Shown: positions 1 to 13,881, numbered from the stretch's first letter. The stretch is DNA of 64,000 nt from Sphaerodactylus townsendi (GCF_021028975.2 NC_059429.1:28086001-28150000); one strand, 5' to 3'. Numbers and translations are program-made. The notes: a model not told the origin generated them from the sequence alone.

Positions 1-1000
1 ATTTGTTGTATTTCGGTCAGGTTTTATAAACAGGCTAGATTCTGAGGGGATTGATGAGGCTCTGGTTGGGGTTGGTGAGCTTTGAGTGGGTGTCGTGCTT
101 GTCGCTTAGATTGGCAAGCACATTGAGGCATTAAGTATGTGCAAGACACCCAAATCAGCCATTGATCTCAGCACAGTCCCAAAGGTTTGGAGTGGATTAA
201 TCTCTCGGTGTTGATAGGTAACATTTCTCTATACAAATTTGATGCAGTTGAGTTAAACACAGAGTTCAGATTGCAATTAGTAAATCCTCATTTAACCCAT
301 GCATTTTATTTGGTGGCTTCATTTCAGGATAGGGGGCCAACTGCTTCTTGGGGAGGGATAATAAATGTAAAAGCTCACAACAGATAGGTAAGATTTCTAG
401 GCTGGACTCAGATCAAACCAAGAAGTTCTGGAATACAGTGCCAATTCAGAAGGTAACAATAAAATGTAATTTCCAAGTTGATTTAAAAAAAAAAACTTCT
501 TCAGTTCATATGATAAGGCCGCCCAAATGGTTGAAAGGTTAGAAGGCAGTGATGCAGACTGAGGGTGGATGATTGCACACTCTTGAAGAGCCACTACCTA
601 ATACTACAGTACTGGAACGTTAAATGCTGCCTCTGCCCTCCTGAGGATTTCCTGCTGGGCAGACTGAATGGCTATGAATCCCTGCAGAAAGGTTATGTCT
701 TCAGGCATGACTCTCACGACCATTAACTTGCCAATCAGAAATTCAGTTTATCCAACTTCTTTTCAGGTCCTCCTGACACTGTATTTGGTAAAGAATGGCT
801 ATCTTGCATTCCCATTTAATGAACATTTGAAGTTGCACAAAAGATTTCATTTAGGAACTTTTCTGCCAACTGCTACATATGATATTTTCTTTCAAGGGTG
901 TAATCTCTTCTCTTCCTGCCCAGCAGTTATCATGTTGGGCTGTGGATTTCTGACAAGTTGAAAAGCTTTGCTAGTGGATAATAAAATAGACAAGTGTTTA
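1..1000 (+). mobile_element. Highly decayed RTE-X-like LINE, ORF2 C-terminal part
   Basis: Frameshifted motifs (VSFE-GVVL..WQAH, QL..RVQI, GIINVKAH, SYDKAAQMV, FLLGRLN) are colinear with the C-terminal region of the RTE-X-like copy at 9400-10090. Confidence 0.45.
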
Positions 1001-1151
1001 CAGATTCACGTACACTCTTGCTTTGATGAGTAATCATGCTGTCTTTGTGATACATTCTTTCTCTACTGCCTACAGAATGGGAAAACCAAAACCACTGATA
1101 ATCTAATATTTACCACAAGTCAGCCTTTACCACAAGTCAGCCTTAAAGTTA

Positions 1152-1565
1152 AAGAAGTTTTCTCTCTTTCTCACAATACTAGAACCAGGGGGCATTTATT
1201 GAAAATGCTGGGGGGAAGAATTAGGACTAATAAAAGGAAACACTTCTTCACGCAACTTGGGATTGGTGCTTGGAATATGCTGCCACAGGAGGTGGTGATG
1301 GCCACTAACCTGGATAGCTTTAAAAAGGGCTTGGACAGATCTATGGAGGAGAAGTCGACCTATGGCTACCAATCTTGATCCTCCTTGATCTCAGATTGCA
1401 AATGCCTTAACAGACCAGGTGCTCAGGCGCAGCAGCAGCAGAAGGCCATTGCTTTCACATCCTGCATGTGAGCTCCCAAAGGCACCTGGTGGGCCACTGC
1501 GAGTAGCAGAGTGCTGGACTAGATGGACTCTGGTCTCATCCAGCAGGCTCGTTCTTATGTTCTTA
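1152..1565 (+). mobile_element. CR1 LINE 3' end, 5'-truncated
   Basis: TRGHLLKMLGGRIRTNKRKHFFTQ..WNMLPQEVV..FKKGLD ORF2 C-terminus, followed by a 3' UTR ending ttcttatgttctta. Confidence 0.9.
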
Positions 1566-1858
1566 AGTAGAACTGACTTTACCAAAGGTTCAAGACATTT
1601 TTCTCAAACTGCATGTTTGGATGAGCAAAGGAAACTAAACCCACATCATCAAAATTGCCACAGTTTCTCTCCCCTCTGGCTTTTCCGTCAAAAGTCCACC
1701 TTCCATTTTTTCACATTCTCCTTTCACAATTCATTGCCTATACCTTATCCATACTTCAGCTCCCTTCCATCTGAGTTTCTTGTCCCTTACCATCTTTATC
1801 TCCTGGGTAGCTTATTTTTCATCCACAGTTTCTCCCATGAAGTTACAGTTGCCCATAG

Positions 1859-2002
1859 CAGGGGTGTAGCAAGGGGGGAAAGCGCCCAGTGCACTGGTGC
1901 ATCCTCCGCCCCATCCCGTCCTGCCATGCCCTCGTCACACCCCCATAGGGGTGTCTGCCTGGTGCACCGGGCACCCCCGGCCCCCTTGGAGCTACGCCTC
2001 TG
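1859..2002. mobile_element. hAT MITE
   Basis: TIRs caggggtgtagc / gctacgcctctg; 8-bp TSD gcccatag / gtccatag. Confidence 0.8.
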
Positions 2003-4659
2003 GTCCATAGGGCTTATGGAAAGCTTTCACCTCTTAAATAAACTCATATACACTCATTGCACTCAGGCTGAACTCAAGCATGATATATTAATTTTGCATA
2101 TAATTCATACAATTCTCATAGTCATCAACTTAACACATCCATTTGATCATATTGTAGTTTATTATTTCATCAAATCCATTTCTCTTACAGGATTTTTAAA
2201 GATACAATTAATCACTTTTATCACTTTTGTCAAAACATAAACACAATCAACGTTCTGATATATGTTCTTAAATTTCCAGTCGTTCAAATATTCCTAAATT
2301 ACAATAAATGATAATCATCCATTCATATTCATGCTGAATCTTTAAGAATCCTGCATCTTTAAGAATCCTGTGAGAGATTTCACTTGCACAAGTAGTACTT
2401 TAACTCACATGAGATTTCCAATGACTCAGCAACCTCAAAGGAATAGAATTTGGGAGATCACAGTAGACTACGCTTTGAAGACAGAAGTAGGAAAGGGGAG
2501 CACTGTTTGGGGAGCACAACTGTACTGTGTAAAATCCATTCCTTGCCAACTTGTCAATATTGTGATGCAATAAAACAAAAAGTTGACATGCTGCCTTTCT
2601 ATTTATTCAGCTACTACTTATCAACTATATATGAAAAATGATATGTGTCATCAACAATATGGCTACTCAGTATGATTTCAAATGAGTTCAAAATGTGACC
2701 ACTAACTTGCAAACATTTGAGCGTATTAGGTAAGCTCTAGGAAGCATTCCTAGTTCTTGCAAAAGGTCAGACATTGCCTGTGTCCTTTCAATGAAGTGTA
2801 CACTCTACAACATTTCCCAGACTCCTTTGGAGTGCACTTGGATTCCATGGCAGAAATGCAGAGTTTCCATAGAATGCACGTTGATGGAGAAAGAGGACCC
2901 CCAAAACTGGAATATTTGAGATAAAAATCCCCTACAGGAAATAAAGACTTATCTGGCCAGAGGCCTAGTAATCCATGATGGATAGAGAAGTTATCTCCTC
3001 TACCTATTGGCAAAGGAGGGAAAAGACCAGTCCCCGACCAACTGGCAGGAAAGGGAGAGGAGCATCCCTTACCGCCCTGAGCATCCCTTCCCCACCCCCC
3101 TTGTCAGAATTAGGGCCATTCTGACAGAGGCAAATGTGGGACAGAGAGGTCCATTTCAAAATATTCTCCATGCTTTTATTTTTCTGTTCCTGTTGCATTT
3201 TTTGTGGGAAGTCAAGTGTTGTGATGACATGTGAAGGAAAATCAGATGGCTGCTCCACAAATTTAGCTTTCCTGAAGTTATTCCACCCCACGCACAGCAT
3301 TCTTGCTTAGGGTTGCCTTCCTTGATTGCCTTTTTACTCCTATTTTGTGGTGGTGGGGTTGTTGGGTTTCAGAAAGCGAAAGTTTTGCTTCCCTCTCCCC
3401 CCACACCCCTCCCTCTCCCCTCGCCAGACCCCCAGTGTGATAATAGCGTAATTATTTCAGAGAGATTATTAGCATTAAACTCCAACCTCTGAGATGATGT
3501 TGATGTGCTGGCAAACAAAGTAGAAGTGGAAAGATGAAGACTGTACTTGACAAGTCATTCTTGGAACCAGCCAAGCCCCAACATTGCTGCCACCATCTCA
3601 GGGATTCACTTTGGATTTGGATAGTGGCTATGCAGGTCTGAGAGCTGAGGACAGATACAAGCTGTACTCTTATATTCTGCCATAACACAGGCCCCAGTAG
3701 TACAGCCAGTGCCTTGGTTGCTTAAGCAGAGATCTAGCTCTGGGTGCTAAGCAAAATGGCCTGTTGCCATGAGTTGCTGACCCTGACCAAGAAACTCTCA
3801 GTTTTGTTGTTTCTCATCTGTAAAATGGTTATGCTATTGGCTAGATATTATGACTAGGTCATTGCTGGTGGTAAGGGACTTATAAGCACATGGAATATGC
3901 GTACATTTTAAATGAACAGGAAAAATGTGATTAAGTATCGTTCTTATACCAATCAACTCCACCTTGGGTACATGGGCTCCATTTTTTTCACTGCTGGGCT
4001 CCATCCTTGGGCACAGGGTCACCATTAATTAACCTCAATTAACCTCAAGGACTAGCTCTTGGGGTCATAATTTTGTCTGTCAGGACATCATAAAACAAAC
4101 AAAAACATTTATGAATCCAAGGAAAATGAAAAAAAAAACCTTTATTGCTTTTCTATTCCTCTATTTTTTTCTAATGGACGAACACAGCTACTTTATGTAC
4201 TATGGAAAATTCATGAAGGGTCCTTGTGTGTGGTGATCATTAATCATACATATTTATACGTAGCAATCTATACTGATCAATGAAGCCAAATATTCATTAG
4301 CTAGATGCAAGTCATTATAGTTCAGCCTGCATCCCAAAGGAGACTGTCCAATTTGGAAAGCAAAAGTTTCACCCAGAGTTTAAGAACAGTTTGTATACTG
4401 CCCAGGAGTATTCACTTATAGCATAGAACACTTAATTCTATGGCTGTGTTTATCATTGTGGCTCCAATCCACAGCAGCTTATACTGGGACAAATGTTTTA
4501 TTTAAGGTGTCACAAGATTCCTGCTCATTCTGCTGCAATTAAGTAACACACCTACAGACAGACAGACAGACCTTAGGGTGAGAAAACTAGTAAGGGATGA
4601 TTTTGAATTTCTCACCCCAATTTCAGTCTGAAAATCTCCATTTTGTCATAGACACAAAT

Positions 4660-5372
4660 CAAATAACATGAGAGGCACAGCAGACTAATTCAGCCAGAAA
4701 AATCAGCAATAGCTGAACAAATGATAAACCAAGCTGGGCACAGAATATTATTTAAAAACACAGAAATTCTGGACCACTCTGATAACCACTATGTCAGACT
4801 ACACAGAGAAGCCATTGAAATCCACAAGCACATGGACAATTTCAACAGAAAAGAAGAAACCATTAAAATGAACAAAATTTGGCTACCAGTATTGAAAAAC
4901 ACTAGAATCAAGACAGTGACTAATGAACACCACTCAGACAAAGGATGTCTCCAGGCAGTAAGCAATCAAAAGGGTCAGTGAACACTACCCAGACAAAGGA
5001 TGTCTCTAGGTAGTAAGCAATCAAAAGGATCAAAAGGCCATGCTACTACAATGCAGATGCCCTCACTATTGATATTATCTTCATGGTTACTCACATGCTA
5101 AATAGGTGGATCCCACCCATCACATGCAAATCAAGCTTGCTAATTGCACCCTTTACACTTGTTAACAGGCAAATGGTTCTTTTTCCCACCCTGGACATTC
5201 AACAGGTATATATACTCCACTTGCTTTACTAACATCAGATCCTCTGAAGATGCCAGCCACAGATGCAGGTGAAACGTCAAGAGAAAATGCTGCTAGAACA
5301 CGGCCGTACAGCCTGGAAAGCACACAATTTTCCCAGTGATTCCAGCCGTGAAAGACTTTGACAATACAATGT
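4660..5372 (+). mobile_element. Penelope-like element 3' part (GIY-YIG end plus hammerhead-bearing terminus)
   Basis: QPEKSAIAEQMINQAGHRILFKNTEILDHSDNHYVRLHREAIEIHKH matches the Penelope GIY-YIG C-terminus; ~55-bp tandem duplication at 4925-5035; CTGAAGA..GAAACGTC core at 5244-5278. Confidence 0.88.
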
Positions 5373-5458
5373 TCAGTTGATTTGTAAGATTGTGTGTGTG
5401 TGTGGTATGTGTTTGTGTGGCTTTCTCTTTTTCCTGATTTTGAAATAAATGCCAAGGA

Positions 5459-5795
5459 AGGAGGAGGAGGAGGAGGAGGAGGAGGAGGAGGAGGAGGAGG
5501 AGTATCTTGGATTTATATCCCCCTATATCCACTGCATGGAGACTCAAAGCGGAGTACAAACTCATTTCCCTTCCTCTCCCCACAACAAACACCCTGTGAG
5601 GTGAGTGGGGCTGAGAGAGTTTGGAAGAACTGTGACTAGCCCAAGGTCACCCAGCTGGCATGTGTTGGAGTGCACAAGGTAATCTGGTGAACCAGATAAG
5701 CTTCCACAGCTCAAGTGGGAGGGTGGGGAATCAAACCCGGTTCTCCAGATTAGAGATTAACACCTGCTCTTAACCACTACACCACGCTGGCTCTC
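5459..5795 (-). mobile_element. tRNA-derived SINE (Squam3-like) with (GGA)14 tail
   Basis: The reverse strand begins gagagccagcgtggtgtagtggttaagagc (A box), followed by a ggtttgattccc B box and a CORE/L2-like body. Confidence 0.88.
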
Positions 5796-6379
5796 TAAGA
5801 AGCAGCTAATCAGGCTCCATCAGCTAAAAAAGTGTTTCTCTAGATAAAGTCATTGCTGCTTTGTATTTAATCAATCATTAAATTTGAGATCATTAAAATG
5901 TTGATGCAGGCAAGAGCACAAATTTGTCAAGCTAACAGTGCCTTGGTGGCTGAAACACTCTCTATTTTGGCAAAATGTTAGATATTGAAGATTGGAAAAA
6001 CTCTGGTTTCAAAACTAGAAGATTCAAGTTTGAATACGCATTTTTATGCTGAAGAAATAATGAGATAAAAGAAAAATATAGATATTTTCTTATTTAGATT
6101 CTTGTTCTGTCTAATCATTTACTTCATTCATTAAATCAGTGTAAACATAAATTTATATATAATAAAATCTATCACATATATTATGTCACTTTAATGTAAT
6201 TTATGTATACTAATTGGCCACAAACTGTAACTTGTTCACAATATTTTGTCTTTTAGTAGTGGTATCCTGCCATTCTTTCTTTTGATTTCAAACAACCAAT
6301 CAACACCCTGACCCTTCAAAAAGTCTGCAGTCAGCCCTTCCCTCCCCAGGATGTGCTAATTTCTGATTGTTTTATTTAG

Positions 6380-7010
6380 TTGTGAATTTGGAAAACACAT
6401 CAGTCCATAAAACATTCTGAGGATGGGGAAAAAAAAGCATCTTGGGGAGGAACTCTGCACGGCTTTTTCCCCAAGATGTCCTCTGGACGCCTTATTTCTG
6501 CTTAAGCCGTCTTTTTTTGAAGTTGCTAAAATGTGGACTGAAGTTATCTGCAAGTAGTCTCCTGATTGCTGTGTGGAGTTTAGCAACTAAGGAGACATCT
6601 TATTTTTCCCACTTGACCATTAAAACGCTCTTGTTAGTCTTCAAAGACACAAACATACGATACAAAAACTGGTGTGGATCCTCATATAATGAATTTGTGT
6701 CTTGGATGAAAGATCATCAAAAAATTTTAAAAGGAAAAACTATATACTGCTGGAATCAGCGGGATGAGCTGAGTACAACCATGTGCTTTTGGGGCTGAAA
6801 GGCACCTAGCAGCAGGCCCTGAAGCACAAACATCCAGGGTAACCTTCACCAAATAGCTGTGTGTATGGAGAATCCCTGCAGCAGAAAATGTTGGCAGGAG
6901 AGCTTTTAACTCAGGCGAGTTTTTGTCCATGCTGTCTGAACAAAAAGTCAGGACATCTTTTTAGAGATGTTCCCAGGATGTCTTATTTGTGCTGTGCATG
7001 AAGAACCATG
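6380..7010 (+). mobile_element. Harbinger-like non-autonomous repeat (copy 1 of 3)
   Basis: Homologous to 50400-50882 and 60420-60945 (gctgagtacaaccatg..gctgaaagg..gagaatccct..aaatgt); ends gtgctgtgcatgaagaacc. Confidence 0.5.
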
Positions 7011-7744
7011 AGGAATAATTTAGACTATGCTATGTATAGAGCAGGAACTTCAAATGTCAAGATTCTCTATGACTAAAAGCTGTTCTCCAGAATAAGAACT
7101 TCAAAAGAAGAAAAAAGCACATTTTACACTGTAGATTCTGGGAGCAGAAGTCCCCCCCCCCCCCAATATAAGCTAAATTAAAAGGAGCAAAAAACAAGCT
7201 TGGGAAATAGTTAACAGAAATATTTTGCATGAGCTTTTGTTCATTGGGTTGAGAGATTGCATGCTCAAGGATTGCACAGCTTTTTTTCCCACTGTGGTTT
7301 TAGAACTTCCTTGGTCTTTCCCATTGATTGCACATGTATGCACTAAGCACTTTCTGACCTGCACCTGGAGTCTATGGAAAGAACAACAGAATGAAGCTGC
7401 CAGTACATTCTATGCAAGTGTAGAATTTTGCCGATTTCTGAAACAACATTCAGTTCATAACATTTGGAAATATTGCCTCTTTAGGTCCTGTATGTAATTT
7501 TGCTGGCTTATGTTGGGCCCAGATTGTTAATAAATTAAACATAATTATTTTGAATGGAACTGCCCCAGGTGATTGGCCTGAGCAATTTTCCTTTTGATAT
7601 AGATTTAAACTCTACCATAGATTACTTAATTGTATCAAGTGATGTGGCATTAAGGATATTGGACTTGGTGATAGAGTCAAGGTCTGAAAGTGACCAGATT
7701 TCATCAATTTTCCTCTTATCCTTTTCTGAAATTTTAAGTGCCAC

Positions 7745-7908
7745 CAATATTCCCTGTAAGCTGTGTGTGTGCATGGCTGCATGGCCACCGTACTGGTGCT
7801 GCATAAATAAGGGACTACCCACCAGGGGGAGCTCTCCCAGGTGGATCAGTTCCACATAGCATTTTCAGATTGCCACACAGAACCATGGAATACTTAAGGG
7901 GGCCATTA
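7745..7908. mobile_element. hAT MITE inserted in the RTE-X-like LINE
   Basis: Ends caatattccctgtaag / cttaagggggccatta; TSD agtgccac / agtgccat. Confidence 0.65.
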
Positions 7909-10097
7909 AGTGCCATCTTAAGTGTTCTGATCTTACACATCTGGACATTTCTGTAGAATTTGAAAGACGTAAGTTAGATAGAACTGGCAGGTGTATAACA
8001 TTTTCAGTGAATAGGTTAATTCAGAGCAGGGCAGAGAAATCCATGACAATCTCTCAGGAGACTTGAGGAATAATATCTTTACTCTCAGTTATTATTATGA
8101 GCTTATACTGGACTTAAAACCATTATTATCTAGGCCTGGTCAGACTAACCAGGCTCTAAAGGTTCCATCAAGAAAGTGGTATTGACTAGGATTGTATAAC
8201 CACCAAAATCGTCTTGGCCATTTTGCTTCCTTTAAAGCCAATCCTTCTCTGACAGCTAATCAAAAGTGACAGAGAGAGAGTCTATAAGACTCTTTTAAGG
8301 GATAAGAGAAGAGCTGCAGTTTATGAAAACTTGACATCTCTTATTAAGTCAATAAGAAGGACTTTTAGGGTTCTGGAAAATAATCTCTACCTGCTCCAAT
8401 GCTGCTAACAGCAATATATTTAGTTTTATCAAAGCTGAGGCCTGGGAATGCCATTTTTCTTCTCTCTACAGTGAACAACATATGCATATCCAGTTAGATT
8501 TCCCACTGGGTTCCACCCCTCAGTGGTCCTCTGTAAAAACACAAGAAATGAAGCAATTATTACTCCAACTAAAGAATGGAAGGCCATGGGTAATGGTTTT
8601 GTTTTGCCTGATTTATTGAAATCAAATGTGGACTAGTGGGCTCAAATTCTTACCTCCCTATTTACATATATAGAACAGACTGTCCAGGTCCCTAAAGACA
8701 TTATAGTCCTCATCTTTAAGAGGGGTAGAACATCCAGCCAACTGTAGATCAATAAGTCTTTTTGAACACAAGTAGTAAAGTATATGGCAAACATTTCTGT
8801 TTTAAATTATGTGATTGGTTAGATCGAGAAGTTTTTTAGAGGGAAAACAAGCTGGCTTTAGACACAATAGATCAGCTATGGAGCATTGTCTAATTTTACA
8901 ATATTTTATGAACAAACAAGTGCATTCTGCTAAAGAATTTCTTTTTGCAACTTTTGTTGACTATAAAGCTGCTTTTGATTCAATTTCTAGGGGCCTTTTA
9001 TGGACAAGACTTTCTAACTCAACAATTGATAAATGGCTGTTGTTTCTACTTTATAAACTGCACGAGAACACAAATTTGTGAGTTAGACATAGCAGAGAGG
9101 GTCATTTATCCAGCTCAATCTCTATCCAAGAAGGTGGGAGACAGGGTTTTATATTGGCACTCTTCTTCTTTAACATTCATATTGATACACTAACTGTTTG
9201 TTGAATACAGATGGCCATGCCCCTAAATTAGCTGATAAAAGGCTCCAAATAGTCCTGTATACTGATGGCACAGTAATTCTATCGCAGACTAGGGTCAGGT
9301 TGAAAAGTTCTAGCACTGCATTGTCAATTATGCCAAAATTTAAAAAGTGCTTTAACAACTGGGTATTAAAAAAAAAAAACCTGGCACATTGAGGAGTGGT
9401 ATATTGAGGTGAAATGTTTCAAATGCCTTGGCATAGTTCTTCAGTATACTGGAAGACACACAGCTCGTTTCAAAGTGTTAGCTGACTCCACACAAAAGAG
9501 CACAGAGGCAATACTAAAAGTTTACTGTGTGAAGGTGGTAGATTCAGCCCTGCCACTATCAAATTACTTATGGCCAAATTTCTAATTTAGCTCAGCCAAT
9601 TATGATCCTATACTAATTTTATTCCCTCAGAGAAAGTTCAGTTGGGATTTCTTAAAGGTCTATTCAATGCTCCAAATTGTACCCTCGATGTGATACTTCA
9701 GCAGGAGGCTGGGTTACCAAAAGTAGAGGCTAGGCTAGTATCATCAATTACTGGTTGAAACTCCACCTTCAACCTGCAGGCCTTATTCCTTTCTTTCTGT
9801 CAGCCAACCAACAATCTTCTTGAAATCAGAGAGTAATTAATAAATTATCTCACAATTGGCCTAACCCCTGATTATTTACTGGAAAGGGGACTTTAGAAAG
9901 CAAAAATCTGGCCCACCAATGAATAACAGATATCGAGTCACAGAATGAAATGGCCTTTCTCTCAAGGGCATATAGGCCATTAAAGACCAGGATAGGATCT
10001 TCCACTGTATCATATCTAACACAGATTACTTGTTTTAAATTTTGTTGGGCTTTTCAAGACCCCAATTCAATGCTGTCTCATCAGCCTTACTATAGAG

Positions 10098-12223
10098 CAG
10101 TGATGGCGAACCTTTTACAGACCAAGTGCCCAAACTGCAACTCAAAACCCACTTATTTATTGTAAAGTGCCAATTTGGCAGTTTAACCTGAATATTGAGG
10201 TTTTAGTTTAGGAAAAACGGTTGACTCCGAGGCGCGCGTTACTCGGGAATAAGCCTGTGGGCGCCTTTGGAATTTTCACACGGGCCCCTTTTTTGCACAC
10301 ACCATTTAAAATGTTTTTCAGGCAGGAAACAAAATGTTTCGTCTGTGGAGTTCCACACTGTTTTTTCCCTCTTTGGTTCCAAAAACATTTCCAAGCAGCT
10401 TTGGGAAAGGACATAAAGGAAGATTTAGAGGTCAGCAGCTATCGTTTTCTTTTTCTTACATGGTTTTGCCTTTTGTTTTTTGTTGAACTTCACAAGAAGA
10501 AAATTTCTTGGAAATGGTCCAACTCGACTCCCACTCCTAACGAGTGGCCAGTGCGCATGGGGGGGGGGGGGGGGATGGTGCGTGCACCCAGCAGAAGTAA
10601 GGGAAGCCACTTGCACCGGCACAGGCAGCCAGCACCGTACGCTTGGAAGTTGCATGCAAGCCAGCCAGGCGGGAAAGAAAGTCTCGTCTCTCGCGTTACT
10701 TCCGCTGCGCATGCCAGGCGGGGGGGTGGCACGCAGCTGGGGCGCAGCCTCGAATTCTTTCTCTCTGAAAACGATACACCTGTAGCTGGGGTTGGGAGGG
10801 AGGTTGTTGCATTTGGCCGCAGATGCCAGCCATGGCGGTGTCAATCCGGGTGGAGGGGGAGAGGACTTGCAGATAGCAGCCTGGGATGGCGGTGCGGAAT
10901 ATTTGTGTCTTTTATGGGTTACTTAAGTCCATATCCCCACGCTCACACACCGGAGCATCTTAACGATGGGGCAAGGTCTTGCTGACAACGACACGTGCTC
11001 CCTACTCCCTTGCAGGTCGTTGTGCTCCTTTTGCTCTTTTTATATGGCCAATATAAAAATATTGCTCTTTTTATATGGATTTGCTCTGTCTTGCATCCCC
11101 TTCTCCCCACGCGTCTTGGCCCCTGTGCAGAGTGCTGCTCGTCCACGGAGCGCCATGACCCGGAGAGCCCACTGACGGATGGACAGGGCAGGGGCTTTGG
11201 AGGAAGCTGCGCCCCGTGAGGGAAGAGCGCGCGGAGAAGCGGGTGGACAGCACGGCTGTCAAGGAGCACCATGGGGAAGAAGCCGACTTGCCCGGAGGGG
11301 GTTGACAGCTGGTGCCAGAGAGGGGTGCGGGCTGCCAGGGAGGGAGCGTGGGGGGCTGACGTCTGATGCGCTCTCTGGCCAGCTGGCAACTGGAGCCCGA
11401 GATCCCGGGCTGCGGAGCCTTGCCCTGCCCTGCTGCAGGAGGGGAGGGGAGCGGAAGGGAACCCCGGCTGGCCGGGTAGGTGTGGACGCCTCTGACGGAA
11501 GGGGGGGAGAGCGCACACCGGCCAGCTCTGTTCCCTCCTCCTGAGAGCTGTTCGCCAGTGTGCCAGTTCCTTTGCAACTGTGCGGGGAGGGCCCCCACAT
11601 TTCCAGGATACTGCAGCTCGCTCCGGGGGAAAAAACGGTCCGGCAGAGCTTTGTTTTGTCTCACTTAGGCAGCAGCAGAGAGCAAAAGCAAAAACAAAGG
11701 GCTTATATATGTGGCTGCTGAACTTTGCAAGTGGAGGGGGGAGGTTTGGAGAGTACCAACGGCGTGAACTCTTTTCTCTGACCCGGTGGTGCACTGCAGC
11801 CGAGCCAGGGGAGAGGGGCCTGTCGATGCATATCAGCTGTTTCTTGAGCACTTTCTCGTGTGGGGGGTGGGGTTAAACTATAAACGGCGCCCACAGTCAC
11901 TCTTCTGTGGAAGGCACCTCGTTTCGCGCCTGGAGGAAGGGAGGCATGTCGGGTGTCCCCACAGGCAGGAAGTGCCTCCACCGGAGCGGATTGTCCCAAC
12001 AGCCACACCCCCGCCGTGGGGGGAAGGACCCCTCGCAGCTGTTGCAGGGCCACCGGCGGCTGTGAGATATCAGAGGAGCATTTTGCACACCACTTGCCCC
12101 CTTTCTCGCGTGTCCCTGGCTGCGAGCCTAGCAGGGGGGAGGGGGAGATTCAGCACTCTCTTGCCGACAGCAAGGCCTTGGCGTGCCACGTCCGGCACCC
12201 GTGCCAGAGGTTCCCCAACACGG
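10098..12223. mobile_element. Non-autonomous hAT element with ~1.9 kb GC/CpG-rich cargo
   Basis: TIRs cagtgatggcgaacct / aggttccccaacacgg (13/16); typical gcgtgccacgtccggcacccgtgcc subterminal; splits the LINE reading frame. TSD poor (ctatagag / ctttagca). Confidence 0.75.
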
Positions 12224-13881
12224 CTTTAGCACCTACCTCTGGAGGATCAGCAGTGTCCTTGTAACTCCACTGCAACTGAAATGACTGCTCATGTTTTATT
12301 TTACTGTGAATTCTGTTGAGATACTAGGAACAGCTTAATTTTCCCTCTGTTGCCTAGGCTTCCTAGGTTTGATGAGATGTCTTAGTAGAATGCTTGCTTG
12401 CAGATAAAGATACTCACATCTCTTAGAGTAGACAGTGGCAAAGTTCTGCGATATTGCTATCAGAGTGTGGAAATCTCTAATCAGTAACAGGCGACATACA
12501 AATAATTTGTATTCTTTGCTTCGTTGTTGGTTTTATTCCTTTGTAATATTGCTAGTCAATGACCGTAAATAAATACACTGAGCTGCAGCCTAGGTTTTTG
12601 TATTCCAAACTAGATAACTGCAAATTTTGTCACAAATGTGATTTTCTCAACAGGCCACACGGTAAACCACTTTTCAGTTTAAAAATGAAGTTTATGATAT
12701 TTCAATTCAATTCAACCTTTAATGGCATATAGTTTACGATATAGCACTGGAGGATAATGTTCAAATACAGAAAATAACAGCAGTATCACAAACCATGTCC
12801 TAACCTTTGAACACATCCATTTCTCTATCTTTCATTTGCTTTCATGGCAGGTCTTTATTTGCCAATTTGCATTCTATAGAAGCTAAAACATTTTTAGTTT
12901 TGCATGTTCTTTTGACACCACAATTAACAGCGCCAAAGATTTATATGAAGTGCCATGTCATCAACTTTGACAGTACTATTCCCTTCATATCTGTAGGCTT
13001 CCATACCCAAATAACTAAACTATTCGGGGCAGGGGTGGGGGGAAAGGAGGCTGCCTATGAAATCTTTTTTTATCTCTTTGCCAAGATTCACAGGTGCCTA
13101 TTGTAGAAAGATCCTTTATTATACTTCACTATTTCCCTTCAGGACACTAATGTGGATTCAGCAGAGAGTTAACAAAGCAGAGGGGAAAACCCTCCATCAG
13201 GCAGGGAATCTGTTTTTGTATTTGAAGTCCACTTTACCATGCATAATAGAAGCAATTATGCATCCTTTAAAAATCAGTGCTGCAGAAATTGTGCATAGAC
13301 TTCTTTTTCAATCTGCATGGACAGAAATCTTTGCTTTAACATGGAAGGCCAGAAGAGGCTCTTTCATATTTTCCTCCTCATTTATTTCTATTTCTATTTG
13401 CATTTATCACGAGTCCTTTACCACAGTTCCAGGGCGGGTTACAACAAATTAAATCACCACAGGCAGAATGGTGTCTTTTTCCTGTGTGCTTGAGAGGACA
13501 GTTTAGTAGCATTCTGGGACTGACATATCTTTACAGGGAGGGGGGAAAAGGCTATCTTTTTCTGTGGTGAGCAATTTTATGCTCCAGGTGAAGTTTCTCA
13601 ACTACTAAATACTGTTTATGACTTCAGTTTAGAGTCAATCAATTAAGACAAAAAAAAGTTCTAAAAGCTTTTAAAGCATTTAGAACAGAGACAATGAACA
13701 AACAGTTCACAAATTTTAAAACATGCTGTCAGGGCAATCCACAGGCAGAGTGGATAATGAATCAAGCTAACAGTAAAGAGACAGGAAGCAAGAACATGTT
13801 TGTGCTGCAACAGTGAACTTCAGCATCCCAAACAGGTCTGACTCCAGCAAACTCATCCTTACCATACAAGTTGTTTACAAA

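Larger units (their letters stand above)
7450..12580 (+). mobile_element. Decayed RTE-X-like LINE ORF2 (APE end, RT, zinc knuckle), interrupted by two hAT insertions
   Basis: APE end STIDYLIVS..RSESDQ; RT motifs QAGFRHNRS, FVDYKAAFDSI, GGRQG, IVLYTDG (YADD-like). After 12223 it resumes with QCPC..TAHVLFYC and ends in a taaataaata tail near 12570. Confidence 0.8.

Noticed and set aside
397-745. Minus-strand translation (EAAFNVPVL*Y*..AIIHPQSASLPSNL) loosely resembling bornavirus nucleoprotein (DATLTIPVV..AIRHPDA)
   Set aside because: It needs stops and a large gap, and the plus strand shows several colinear RTE-X-like ORF2 motifs over the same span. A tBLASTn with Bornaviridae N would settle it.
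1419-2240. 273-aa ORF
   Set aside because: Runs across a CR1 UTR, a MITE and decayed sequence; no coherent protein.
10943-11851. 302-aa ORF and many overlapping ORFs
   Set aside because: GC-rich transposon cargo with few stops in any frame; no recognisable domain.
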